From positions 40,796,001-40,860,000 of the forward strand of contig OX597832.1 of NCBI GenBank assembly GCA_951406725.2: 64,000 nt of DNA, in the 5' to 3' direction. The notes below the pieces were generated by a model, which saw only the letters and a program-made list of their open reading frames with translations, was not told the origin of the DNA and made no database searches. This document shows positions 26,064-38,396 of this stretch, one piece after another (positions within the stretch are counted from its first letter, which is position 1; each line of letters starts with the position of its first letter). Source of the DNA: Octopus vulgaris (lineage: Eukaryota). A program made the translations under genes and the position numbers.

Positions 26064-28361
26064 AGCAACAAACAAGATGAGGACAAATATTCGTCAAATG
26101 TAAATAGTGTAAACAATGTACAATATCTGATATCCTCCATCCATTTTTTTTTTAAATGATACGATGTGCATTGAAAGAGATTTTGCTGCTGTTTCCTGCA
26201 GATCAAGTAATCACATAAAGGCTTAAAACAATCAGTTCTTCTATATTTCTTAGTTTTTATTTACTGTGTTTAGAGGAAAGGGCATTGCCCATGCCTTTAA
26301 AGGTGTTCTGAGGTCAGTGAGATTGATTCCATTAATGTTCTGCTTAAACTATTGCAGACTGGGTGTGATGGTTAGTGCTGGGACTCTTGGTGGGTTGGGT
26401 GAAAACCACATGGGTAATGAGAAGAGGAGAACCAAAGGAGTTAGGGGTGCCTGAATGAGAGTAACATGAGACTCATCACCTCTGAGGAGGAGAATCCACA
26501 ATAATAGTGGTAGATAAAAGCTCAAACAATTTAGAAATATTTCTGACAATGAGAAGCTCTAGATATCCTTCTCTTTCTCTTTCGGAGAGGCACTGAGCAC
26601 TTACACGCACACATACACAGCAGTAACTTCCACCTACCGAATTCAATCACAAAGCTTCGGTTGACTCGGGGCTATAGTGGAAGACACCTACCCAAAGTGC
26701 CATGCAGTGGGACTGAACCCGAAACCATGTAGATATGACTATCAAAAGTCATACCTGCTTTTGATCATGATTCCTTAACTTCTGAAGAGATAGGGAGCAA
26801 TGCTTATTTGAAAACCATTACATCATCTTTTACCTCAATCCTGTGAATATACCAGAAAATTTGTTGTCTAGTTACAATTGGTACATGGTCCCTTCCATAA
26901 ACAAAATGTAAACTTTCCTTTCTTTCAGCTCCAGTTTATAATATACACTATGGCTGTGTTGAATTCACCTGGTAAATAAATCACCCTCATCGCTTGTTTA
27001 GGTTTGAATAGAAGCAATAGCTTCACCACTTATAACTAGAAACCATTCACACTGTTTCCCACCAATCCTTGTTTAGCCAGGCACACCAACTCGGAGACCA
27101 TCTCCAGGACAAAGCCACAGAGGCAATTGTTCATTGTATTTACACCCCAGAAATGTTATCGGTTTTGTTTCTTAACAGATTTTCTTTCCTTTTGCCTTCT
27201 CACATTATTCTGCTAGTGAAATTAATGTTCACATTTTATCCTACTCTCACTAGCGTTATTAAGTTGAACATTTTACATATTCACCAATATTTTTTTTACC
27301 CTCTTTTTTTGTAATATTTTTCTGTTAAATAATTTGTTTCATTTCATAAATATTTCCAGATTATGGGTAAAGAACTCAATACCATTAGTTGTTCCAAACT
27401 ACTCACTTTACTGTATCTAGTTTGGTACTTCACATTTAAGTATTCAAATGTTGCAAGGATTTATTTCATCCTTCATTTCTCTGGGATCCACAGAATATGT
27501 GTTACGAATGAAATTTGATTCAACTATTAATATATTCTTTCTCTCCTTGCATAACAATGATTTGTGTCATTTTTTAATAATTTTGTCATGAGGATATATA
27601 TAGTATTTTTGTTGCCATGAAAAGTGGAGGTACAGCTGTGGCTAAGAAGTTTGCTTCACAACCACATCATGGCTTTAGGTTCAGTCCCAGTGCATGGCAC
27701 TTTGGGTAAAGGTCTTCTACTATAGCCTTGGGCTGACCAATATAACCTTGGGAATGGAATTGATGGAGTTAAGAGACAAAAACTGAAAGAACCCCATTTT
27801 GTGTGTGTGTGTGAAAACGAGAAGGAAAGATTTTTTTTTAAAGGATTGTAAAAGATGTTTTTGTTGATAACTTTTATCCCTCTTTTCCTTCAGTTCAAGT
27901 CTTTGATAAAACAAGAACCATTAATACGTACCGAGGTTAATTTATTTGGCTGTTATCATCTTAATACAAATTTTGATCTAATTAATTAAATGAAATCAAT
28001 TAAGTCTCTTGGCAGTTTGGAATCTTCGACATAGTTACATTCTTAGATAGAATCTGTTTTCGTTTTCCTGGTAATATCTCATACAAAGAAGAGTCTCATA
28101 GTTTTGTTTTTTTTCTTATATCTTATCATTCTGTGGTTTTACGCCTGTACAGAAGATCAACACATGAACATAGGACACAAAATAAGGCTTTATGTTTTTG
28201 TGTTACTGGTTGAAAAAAAAAATAGAGTGAGTTTGAATTTCAAGTCTGAATTTTTTTGTGTAATATTTTTATTTTTTTGTAATATTTTTTTTTTTCAGAA
28301 AATTACATTGTCTTTTAAAAATAATTTCAGTTGTTCTGTATTTTTCTTCTTTTCTTTGCAG

Positions 28362-28470
28362 TTTAAGGTTGTTTCAGAAATTTAACCAGTTTCGAATTTT
28401 AGTGTGTGGAGGAGATGGAAGCATTGGTTGGGTTTTAACAGAAATAGATAAGTTAGACATACACAAACAG
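28362..28470 (+). CDS. DGKH: DGK catalytic domain exon with GGDG ATP-binding motif
   Basis: ttgcag|...|gtatgt; [36 protein letters not shown]; phase 2-0. Confidence 0.96.
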
Positions 28471-29745
28471 GTATGTTTATTTCTGTATATATATGTGTGT
28501 GTTTATATGTGGAAGTTGGAGTCTTTGAGACACAGGGGACTGTGTATGAAAATGGTCTACGTGGGTATATAGAGTGAGAAAGATAGAGAGAAAAGACAGG
28601 AACGGGATAGGTGTGGGAAAGAATGAAGGAGAGTGAAAATAAAATAGCAATCAAAAATAAAGATAAGATGTCAGTATTATTCTTTGTAGGATCGGTTTGG
28701 GGTGAGAGGTCAGGGATTAAGGTTTTGGTAAAGTGGAGGTGGAAGGTATTTATGGCTATTAATTAAATAGATGAATTCTAGGTTTGGGGTGGACAGAATA
28801 TTTAGTTCAGTGTCCCCACTCCCAAAATTTCAGGCTTTGTGCCCTTAGTAGAAAGGATAATAATAATAATAATAATAATAATTAGGCAGCAATCTGGCAG
28901 AATGGTTAACATGCTGGGCATTTTGTTTGTTGCTATGTCCTGAGTTCAAATTCTGCCAAGGTTGACTTTGCATTTCATCCTCTCAGGGTCAATAAAATAA
29001 ATACTAGTTGAGTACTGGGATTGATGTAATTGATTTACCCCCCCACCAAAAAAAAAAATTGCTGGCCTTGTGCCAAAATTCGAAACCATTATTAATTAAA
29101 CCATGTTGGCCAGACTCTCAGTGTCCCAGAACTCTGCACCACAAACTTTTGGGGTTACGGGAACAGCTGTGGACAAAGACATTTAGGAAGCATCTATTTT
29201 ATACATGTGCTTTTACATGGCTGTGAATGGAATGAGATGTAGTGTAGTGTGTGTGTGTGTGTGTGTAGATGGGTGGGGGAAGGGGTATCTTGCAGCCCTT
29301 TCATGAACTCTGAGATCCTCCTAAACTGTTGAGTCTGGAATCAGTAGAAGTGGGTTCATCTTGTAAGGTTACTGTTTAATCTGAATTATTGTTTATTAAG
29401 AGCTGGCTTGAACCCAAGGACAATAGACTTGTTCCAAAGGGTTGATATTGGTGAGTGAATGTGTGTGTGTATGTGTGTGTGTATGTGTGTGTGTGTGTGT
29501 GTGAGGGAGAGAGAAATAGCAAAAGAAAGTTTGGGGTGAAGCCAAACAGATTTGTCTGAGATACACCAAATGTTAAAACTGACTTTTTCCTTCCTTTGTT
29601 TTTCATTTATATATATTTGTTTATTTGTAACTGTTTTTATTTCTTATTTTTTGTAATTTGTTTTTTTCAAATTTCTTTTTTTTTACTTTTCTTTTTTCTC
29701 TCTCTCCCTCTTCCCTCCCCAAACTCCTCATCTCCTGTGTTTCAG

Positions 29746-29885
29746 TGTCAAATTGGAGTTTTGCCATTTGGTACTGGAAACGATTTAGCAAGAGTCTTAG
29801 GGTGGGGTTCAGCTTTTGATGATGATACCCAGCTACACGCTTTGTTGGAGAAGCTGGAACATTCTCAGATCAAGATGCTGGATCG
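29746..29885 (+). CDS. DGKH: DGK catalytic domain exon (GTGNDLAR)
   Basis: tttcag|...|gtatgt; [46 protein letters not shown](R); phase 0-2. Confidence 0.96.
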
Positions 29886-30041
29886 GTATGTATTGAGCAC
29901 GAATCAACTTCTTAATTACTGGTTTTTATTTGTAATAATTTCATCAGCAATCCTAATGCAAACCTACCAAAAAAAAAAAAAAAAAAAAAAAGTACATAAA
30001 ACTATCATAATGGCAACTGCCTTCATCTACCCTATATACCC

Positions 30042-30269
30042 TTAACCCTTTCGTTACCAACCTGGCTGAAACCGGCCCTGGTTCTGAGTACAAATGCCTT
30101 GTTTTCATAAGTTCTTAATTAAAATCTTCCACCAAACCTTAGTCACAATTTATGTTCTTAACACTAGCTGAATGATAACTAAGTTATTTTACTAAATTCT
30201 TTGTTATATTTAAAGTAATTGAAAGAAACACAGAGCATCTCAACAGAAATACGGTAACGAAAGGGTTAA
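30042..30269. mobile_element. piggyBac-like MITE, same family
   Basis: TTAA-CCCTTTCGTTACC...GGTAACGAAAGGG-TTAA. Confidence 0.9.
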
Positions 30270-30496
30270 TGACATATTGCCTTCATATACCCTCTACCAT
30301 AATAGCTTAGAGGCTCATCTACCTTCATTAACAATGTTACCACTATGAATAAGGATTTTTTTCCCTTTCATTTTGTTTTCCCTATATTAATAACAAGAAG
30401 AACAATAATAATAATGTATTTTTTTGTTTTTATTTCTCTGTTTGCATTGAAACTGAAATTGAATATAAACTTACAAAAAAATTCTTCCTCCCTCAG

Positions 30497-30554
30497 ATGG
30501 AGTATACTGACATATGAAGGTACCATGCCTACACCCAGAAAATTGTCTCAACAG
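30497..30554 (+). CDS. DGKH: DGK exon, end of catalytic domain / start of insert
   Basis: cctcag|...|gttgct; WSILTYEGTMPTPRKLSQQ continues the MLDRWS motif; phase 2-0; donor is weak. Confidence 0.85.
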
Positions 30555-30721
30555 GTTGCTATAGTAGCTCAGCTTCTTCATTCTTTCATTCACTCATTCA
30601 TTCATCAATTTATTTATTCATTCTTTCACACTATTTTCTTTTATTTCCCTGTTTTTTTGTTTTTTTTAATTATTTATCCACAATTAACAATTACGAAACA
30701 ATGTCTAACATTAAAAACGAT

Positions 30722-31130
30722 GTGGCTGTGTGGTAAGTAGCTTGCTAACCAACCACATGGTTCCAGGTTCAGTCCCACTGCGTGGCATCTTGGGCAAGTG
30801 TCTTCTGCTATAGCCCCGGGCCGACCAATGCCTTGTGAGTGGATTTGGTGGACGGAAACTGAAAGAAGCCTGTCGTATATATGTATATATATATATAAGT
30901 GTGTGTGTGTATATGTTTGTGTGTCTGTGTTTGTCCCCCTAGCATTGCTTGATAACCGATGCTGGTGTGTTTACGTCGCCGTCACCTAGCGGTTCAGCAA
31001 AACAGACTGATAGAATAAGTACTGGGCTTACAAAGAATAAGTCCCGGGGTCGATTTGCTCAACTAAAGGCGGTGCTCCAGCATGGCCACAGTCAAATGAC
31101 TGAAACAAGTAAAGGAGTAAAAAGAGAAAA
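30722..31130 (+). mobile_element. SINE family A copy
   Basis: Homologous to 6851-7275. Confidence 0.88.
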
Positions 31131-31491
31131 GAGTATATGTGTATAAACTTCTATGATGGACTCTCCTGTTGGATACAGCGTATGAGCGTTCGGCCTTTGC
31201 TGAACAATCTGCACAAATAATTTGTCTATAGTGATCAAATGTTTGTGCTGCACTTTAGCTCGGTCCCTCTATCAAATCGATGTTACCTGAACAGGTGCAC
31301 AGTGTGGCATGCATTAGGTGTTGGAGTGATCGCAGAGCAAGGTGAGAAGGGTTTTGTTCAAGAACACTACACACCACCTAGACTAGAAATTGAAATCACA
31401 ATATATATATATATGTATATATATATGCTAATATCAAACAGTGAGAATGAGTGCCCAACACTTCATTGGTGGATAAATATTCTTTTTTTTA

Positions 31492-31801
31492 TGGGTTAAC
31501 CAGTGGTTTCATGTAGAGGAAAATCTCTCAACAATTTTCAAGCCTGCTACATAGAAATGTTGATACTTGTCTCCATCATGGATGAAATTACATGAAGCTA
31601 CACAGGACTGCATGGGATTTGGGGATAAACAGATATACAGATAATCTTATTTATTTATCCCCAAATTCTGTACTGTCTCATGTAGCTTCATGTACTTTCA
31701 TCCAAGATGGAGATGAGCACTAACATTACCATGTGGTGGGTTCTGATAATTGTTGAGGGATTTCTCTCTACATGAAACCATTGGTAGCTTTGTTAACCCA
31801 C
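31492..31801. repeat. Diverged fold-back element, arms of about 140 bp
   Basis: tgggttaac..tggtttcatgtagag..atttggggataaa / tttatccccaaat..ctctacatgaaacca..gttaaccca. Confidence 0.85.
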
Positions 31802-32132
31802 AAATAAAAGGTCTATTTACACACACACACTCACACATACGTTTCATTTAATGCCTATTTTTCCTTGCTAGGATGACATAGGTAGTAACTGAAGCGAAAT
31901 TTTTACTGGTGATGCTCCCCTCTTGCTACCAGCCCTTGTTTTCATGTAAAGGGTTTCAGTATTTTATCTACGCTAGTTAGCTTGTTGTTTAAGTCATGGA
32001 TAACTCCAAACCTTACAAAGCATGTTAATTATATAACAATGTGGATTTAATTGCTGCAGCTGTGCCATTGTCTCTCTCTCTTTACAACTTCATCATGACA
32101 ACCCTGTAAACTTCTAGATTTTGCAGAATAAA

Positions 32133-32453
32133 TCGACTGGCCTCCGTGCTGGTGGCACGTAACAAACACCAACCGATCGTGGCTGTGCCAGCCTCGCCTG
32201 GCCTCTGTGCCGGTGGCACGTAAAAAACACCATCCGAGCGTGGCCGTTTGCCAGCCTCATCTGGCACCTGTGTCGGTGGCACATAAAAAGCACCCACTAC
32301 ACTCATGGAGTGGTTGGCGTTAGGAAGGGCATCCAGCTGTAGAAACACCGCCAGATATGACTGGCCTGGTGCAGCCTTCTAGCTTCCCAGACCCCAGCTG
32401 AACCGTCCAACCCATGCTAGCATGGAAAACGGACGTTAAACGATGATGATGAT
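32133..32453 (+). mobile_element. Family C retroelement with (GAT)n tail (copies at 5638-5915 minus, 23655-23822 minus, 34478-34840, 40608-40795 minus, 51992-52262, 61645-61803 and others)
   Basis: Internal ggtggcacgtaaaaagcacc repeats; 3' end ccaacccatgctagcatggaaagcggacgttaaacgatgatgat; variable 5' truncation. Confidence 0.82.
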
Positions 32454-32902
32454 TTTGTAGAATAAGGCTAGAGGCTGAATGAAATTGGAGTGCAGCAGTT
32501 ACTGTCTCCCTGCTCTTATCTCTCTTCTTATGCATTCCAACACAGTTTGAGACTAATGAGGTTATTGGTGTCAGTATTTTTGGTTCCTGGTTCTGCTGAC
32601 TCATGCAACAGATAACGCTTGGAAACAATCTGTACGTCCACAAGTCACGATGAATTCAAAGAGAGAGAAATTGGGGCACAACTTCTACGATCAAATTTAC
32701 ATTTAATTTTGAAGGCCGCTGAGATCTCAAGTTCAAAATTCTTGGACGAGTATTCAACTAGAGTTGGCATCTCTATAAAGATATCTTAATTTCCATATGC
32801 TTTTTCATTTATGCCTACCATGTTTGATAGCATACTGTTAAAGCTGAACCTTCATGAGGGGATGCATGTGTATGTGTGTCTGTGTATACATGTGTGTACA
32901 TA

Positions 32903-32937
<35 letters not shown>

Positions 32938-34835
32938 TCGGTAAATAATGGTATTTTATATAAACTTAAAGCTTATAAGCGATCACCATGTATTGACTAA
33001 AGAAAATAGTCTAATATTGGGGCATATAAGCCCTTGGTAGAAAAAAGTGGGTTTCCTGTATGCATGGGACTCAAACCCATACCTCATCACAGAAAATGCA
33101 CACACACACACATATACGTACATGCATACATATATACATTCATACATACATATATCTTTTTGGGAACTGGATCTTGAAGCACATAAAGCTATCAACAATA
33201 GCTTCGTGATCCAGTTCCCAAAAAGAATTATTTCACGTTCTTTCAAAAGTTTATAAATCCTTATGACTTCAATAATATATACACATCCATATGTATGTAT
33301 ATATGTATGTATATGTGATATAGCACATGTATATATATAAACAATTTAGGTTGTGTGTAGAACATAACATACATACATGCATACCAGAACCTAATATATA
33401 TAAACACACTATACACCATATAAACCTACAAGGGAGTGATGTGTTTAATTCAGATTTTACCCCTATCTTATTTTATTTTTGTATTTTCGCTATTAGTAAA
33501 TGGAGTAAATTTGTAAAAGCAGTTGGCTTTAATACTTTTGTTGTTTAGTTTTATATCAGCCAAGATCAAGCAGAACAATTATGTCCCAGAATATATTCAG
33601 TGTGTCTTTGGTGCACACATACTGTATCTTGGATGGCTATATTTAATGTCTTACTGTTTTCTTGAGACATGTTAAGAAGTGATTTGAGGCAAGTTTAGCT
33701 GCTATTTCTAGTAGGCTGTATAAGCACCTTGAGGAACTCCAGCACAGATGTTCCCTCAACCGAATATGTAGTGGCTGTAGCGTTAAGTAGGGCATTCACC
33801 TGTAAAATCTTGCACTTTAATTAGTGCGTGTTTTACTAATTAGCGCAATAAGGTTTGAATTGTTCATTGATGTGTGCAGTTGTCATGGTGACTACTGGGG
33901 TCAGAACACATCATGATTTCAACAGAAACAAGAACTTAGATGAATCCTGTCAATATGCATAGGTTTTGTGAAAGTAGGAACATACCAACTGTTTGTAGGG
34001 GAGAGGTATAGTCAAATAAACAAACCAGGTACATATTGGCTCAATGGTCAATAGTTTTTCAACTCAGAATATAGAAGAATGAGTTAAATACTCTAAAGTA
34101 CTTAGTTGGTACTCCATCGGTTCTGACATTTTATTATTAATATTGGAACCCCACAGAGCACCTATGTGACCCTGCATTACCATACTGCACTGTACTATTT
34201 GTACATTTTATTATATTGCATTAATGCAAGCACTGTACTGCATTAGTATACTGTATCATCTTGCATTAGTGTACAGTATTGTATTACATTAGTACACTGC
34301 CCTGTACTATGTGAGTATGTTGTACTGTCCTGCATTAGTACTCTGCACTGTATTATAGAAAACAGCACTGCAATATTTTGGTCCTCAGTTGTTCACTTTA
34401 AACAGTGTATGTATGTATGTGTGTATATATATATATGTATATATATATACATATATATATATACATTAAAAAAAAAATCAAATCGAAATCGATCAACATC
34501 AATGGAATTTGTAGTTGTGGTACCAGTGCCGGTGGCACATAAGAGAACCATCCGAACATGACCGTAGCCAGCACCTCATCGACTGGCCTCTGTGCTGGTG
34601 GCACGTAACAAACACCATCCGATCGTGGCCGTGCCAGCCTCGTCTGGCACCTGTGTCGGTGGCACATAAAAAGCACCCACTACACTCATGGAGTGGTTGG
34701 CGTTAGGAAGGGCATCCAGCTGTAGAAACACTGCCAGATCTGACTGGCCTGGTGCAGCCTTCGGGCTTGCCAGACCCCAGTTGAACCGTCCAACCCATGC
34801 TAGCATGGAAAGCGGACGTTAAACAATGATGACGA

Positions 34836-34878
<43 letters not shown>

Positions 34879-35726
34879 TAGGCATAGCCATATTCAGATG
34901 CTTTATCTATGTTATCGAGCAGTTACTGTCTATATCCTTTTAGAAATATTATTGCTATATATATATATATATATATATATATTGTAAAGTCTCAATCATC
35001 TTTAACTTTACAATAAATGTCATTCTACCCAATCTTAAGCCACTCCATTAGTAAATGTTCCAAATTTATTTTTAAACTTGCTTTAAAATAATAACCTCCC
35101 TCAAATTTATATATATTTATACACACAATATATGTATGTATGTATGTATTTATTTATTTATGTACATACGTTCATACATACATATGTGTGTATATGTATG
35201 TTACGTACATACATATGTGTGTATATGTATGTATATATATATGTATGTGTGTTTGTAAATGCACATATAATATGTGTGTTGTGTGTGTATATGTATGTAT
35301 ACATCCAACCCATTTTAGCATGGAAGGCAGATGTTAAACGCTGATGATGTACATAAACGAAACAGGAAAACAGAAATTTCTCGGTATTATTCCTTCTCCA
35401 TTGCATGTGTTTCATTTTCTTATAGGAATCACAAAGATTTACATGTCGGAGAGACGTGTAAAGGATTTCCTGTTAGAAAATTTTTTTGTCTGATGATTTC
35501 TCCAACTTATGTAAATGGAGAATAAATAAGACCGAAAAATTTCCCATTTTCCTGTTTAGTTTATTCGACAACTCTGCAAATGATATTTTCATAACACTCG
35601 ATTTTAATGTTTGTTTTAATTTATATACAACAGTAATAAAGGATGCATATTGATTGTGATCATGGGATGAGCAAGATGTGCTTTGAGAGGAAGCAGATGG
35701 GATTTACCCTAAACACCTGTAAACTC

Positions 35727-36079
35727 CTATATGTATATGTGTATGTATGTGTGTATGTATGTATGTATATATATGTATACATATATGTATATATATATAT
35801 ATATGTATGTATATATACACATATATATATATGTATGTATATATACACATATATATATATGTATGTATATATACATATATATATATATGTATATATATAC
35901 ATATATATGTATGTATATATACACATATATATATGTATGTATGTATATATACACACACACATATATATATATGTATGTATATATACACACACATATATAT
36001 ATATATATGTATGTATGTATGTATATATACACACATATATATATATATGTATGTATGTATATATACACACATATATATG

Positions 36080-36112
<33 letters not shown>

Positions 36113-36150
36113 ACACATACACATGCACACATATGTGTGTGTATGCGTGT
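35727..36150. repeat. Compound (TA)n/(TATG)n/(CA)n microsatellite
   Basis: Directly visible; source of spurious long ORFs. Confidence 0.98.
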
Positions 36151-36695
36151 TTGTATATGCTATATATAGATACCCTAATAGTATTTTGAAATTTTATCAC
36201 ATTGAAATTTCAAATTGATAACACCGAGGAATTCTTTGTAAACCAAATTCAAGGAAGAGAGAAGAATTTGCATGTATTTTGAATTTGGATTTTACTTCCT
36301 ATTTTTCTCTCTCTCTCTCTTCCCAATTTCAGTTTACAAAGAATATTTCAAAATGTTATCACTTTGTAATTTCAAAGTATAAAAATTAGGGACAGAACCA
36401 AAGCATAGGGCTTAGAATCAAGTCATAATGTCCATCATTGTGGAATATCTGCAGAGTTTATCCTATATCATACAACACTATAATTCTTTTTCCTATCTTC
36501 TTATCTTTCCCCCTCTCTTTGTTTCCATATCTTTCTTTTTCTATCATTCATTGCTTGCTTTTTTTTTCCTTTTCTTTCTTCCCTTTTTAATTCTTTTTGT
36601 TCTTTCTTTCCTTCCTTTTTTCATTCTTTCTTCCTTTCTGTCTTATTGATTGGTTGATTGACTAATTACTTTTTTTTTCTGTCCCTTTTCTTCAG

Positions 36696-36790
36696 TTTGA
36701 AGGTATTGGCATCTATGAAGACAGTGTGGCTGACCATTTGTCTAAAATATTGCATTCCACAGACCATACTGTTGTTATAAGATCTGCCAA
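36696..36790 (+). CDS. DGKH: DGK insert exon
   Basis: cttcag|...|gtatgt; FEGIGIYEDSVADHLSKILHSTDHTVVIRSA(K), like YEDSVA.HLSKIL.SD.H.VVISSAK of type II DGKs; phase 0-2. Confidence 0.92.
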
Positions 36791-37093
36791 GTATGTATCA
36801 TTTCTTCCTTTTTTTTCCCTTTTGAAAATGTGATTAATTCTGTAATTTATTGTAAACCTAATGCAAGGCTAAGACAATGGTGGTGGTGGTGGTGGTGGTG
36901 ACAGTGCATTCATCATACAGACTCAAGTTCAAATTCCCTGCCTTCCTCATTTTACCTCACTGACAAAATCTCAATTGGTTTCTATTTCACACATGATATT
37001 AATAGAAGAATGATACTCAAAAGGAATGATAGAACAAAGACCAGTGTCGTGCTGGAGTGAGAAAAATATATGCTTATTGTGTGTATGTGTGTG

Positions 37094-37130
<37 letters not shown>

Positions 37131-37145
37131 GAAGGAGCTTTATAG

Positions 37146-37209
37146 TACTGTTTCATTCAAGAGAAATCTTCAGGAAGCTTCCTGAAGATTTCTCTTGAAT
37201 GAAACAGTA
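37146..37209. repeat. Perfect 64-bp palindrome (imperfect arms extend 37123-37236)
   Basis: tactgtttcattcaagagaaatcttcaggaag|cttcctgaagatttctcttgaatgaaacagta. Confidence 0.95.
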
Positions 37210-37632
37210 TAGTCCTGTAAACTCCTTCTATATAATAAATTAATTTTACTCTGCTATGTATTGAGTACCTTACTTACTGTGGTTAACCCCGAATCAACCC
37301 GGGACCTACATATATATATATATATATATATATATAGGGAGAGTTTACGAAAAAAACAAAAGACAAAGACAGGTGGTGTACAAAACACAAACAGATGTAT
37401 TAGTATAACGCTCAGGAACAGAAAGTCTTTTACATTTCAAGCCTAGGCTCTTCTACAGAAAGGGACACAGAAAAAAACAAGGAGAGAAAAAAAATGTGTG
37501 TAGTGGCTAACGATCTATCATGGCGACTGATATATATATATATATATATATTTCAAAATGTAACCACATGTGGATCATTGGCGATTTTTTTTCCTCTGTC
37601 TTCCTTTTCTCTTGGACTTTCCTCTGTCTCCT

Positions 37633-37668
37633 GTTTCTGACGAAGAGCTTTGCTCGAAACATAAAAAC
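37633..37668 (+). ncRNA. Minimal hammerhead ribozyme motif in a (TA)n-embedded element
   Basis: gttt-CUGACGA-a-gagc/ttt/gctc-GAAA-ca-UA-aaaac; degenerate sister copy at 1089-1123. Confidence 0.62.
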
Positions 37669-37755
37669 TACCTTTCTTTCATTCCATGAGTGTCTGCTAA
37701 TACTTTGCATGTACCACATGCTTGCATTGTTGTTTTTTTCTTGTGTTTGTTCTTC

Positions 37756-37787
<32 letters not shown>

Positions 37788-38299
37788 CGGAGATGTATAT
37801 ATGCAAGTGATTTGATCTGAGATGATGTGCTGGAACGAAAAATTGCAAAGATGAAGAAACCCTGGGATTGACTTCAACATTTAAGTTTAATTTGTCAAAA
37901 TATTTTCGTTGCTTTAAGACCGCAAACACGGATTTTTGTCAGTGAACAGGTCGCGGGTCTTAAAAGACGAAAACATTGTTTAATTATGGCTGTTGATGAA
38001 ACTTGTTTCAATGATCAAGCTGACACCTTCAACCATTATTTTTCAGGGTTTTATGTGAATATATAATATGGTAGCACTCTAATGACTGAAACAAGTAAAA
38101 AGACAAAATATAAAGAAACCCTGGGATTGAGCAGAATTGAATGAAATGGCAGTTGTATACATTTCTTTTCCTGTTTGTGTTGTTCTTATCAAATTCCAGG
38201 AACGTTGTAGGAGTAGAAGAAGAAAAACATTGTTTTATTACGGCTGTTATGAAACTCGTTTCAGCGATCAAGCTGATGCCTTCAACCTTTATTTTTCAG

Positions 38300-38396
38300 G
38301 GTTTTATGTGAAACTGTGAAAGAATTTGTATGCAAGGTTGGGCAGTCCCAAGATGGGGATGGAGAAAAGGCTGGAGAGACATCAATATCATCTAAA
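38300..38396 (+). CDS. DGKH: DGK insert exon
   Basis: tttcag|...|gtaatt; VLCETVKEFVCKVGQSQDGDGEKAGETSISSK, like LCETVKDFVAKV; phase 2-0. Confidence 0.9.

Noticed and set aside
34170-34375. Degenerate actgtactgcattagt repeats
   Set aside because: Looks like an ordinary decayed short tandem repeat with no coding or structural signal
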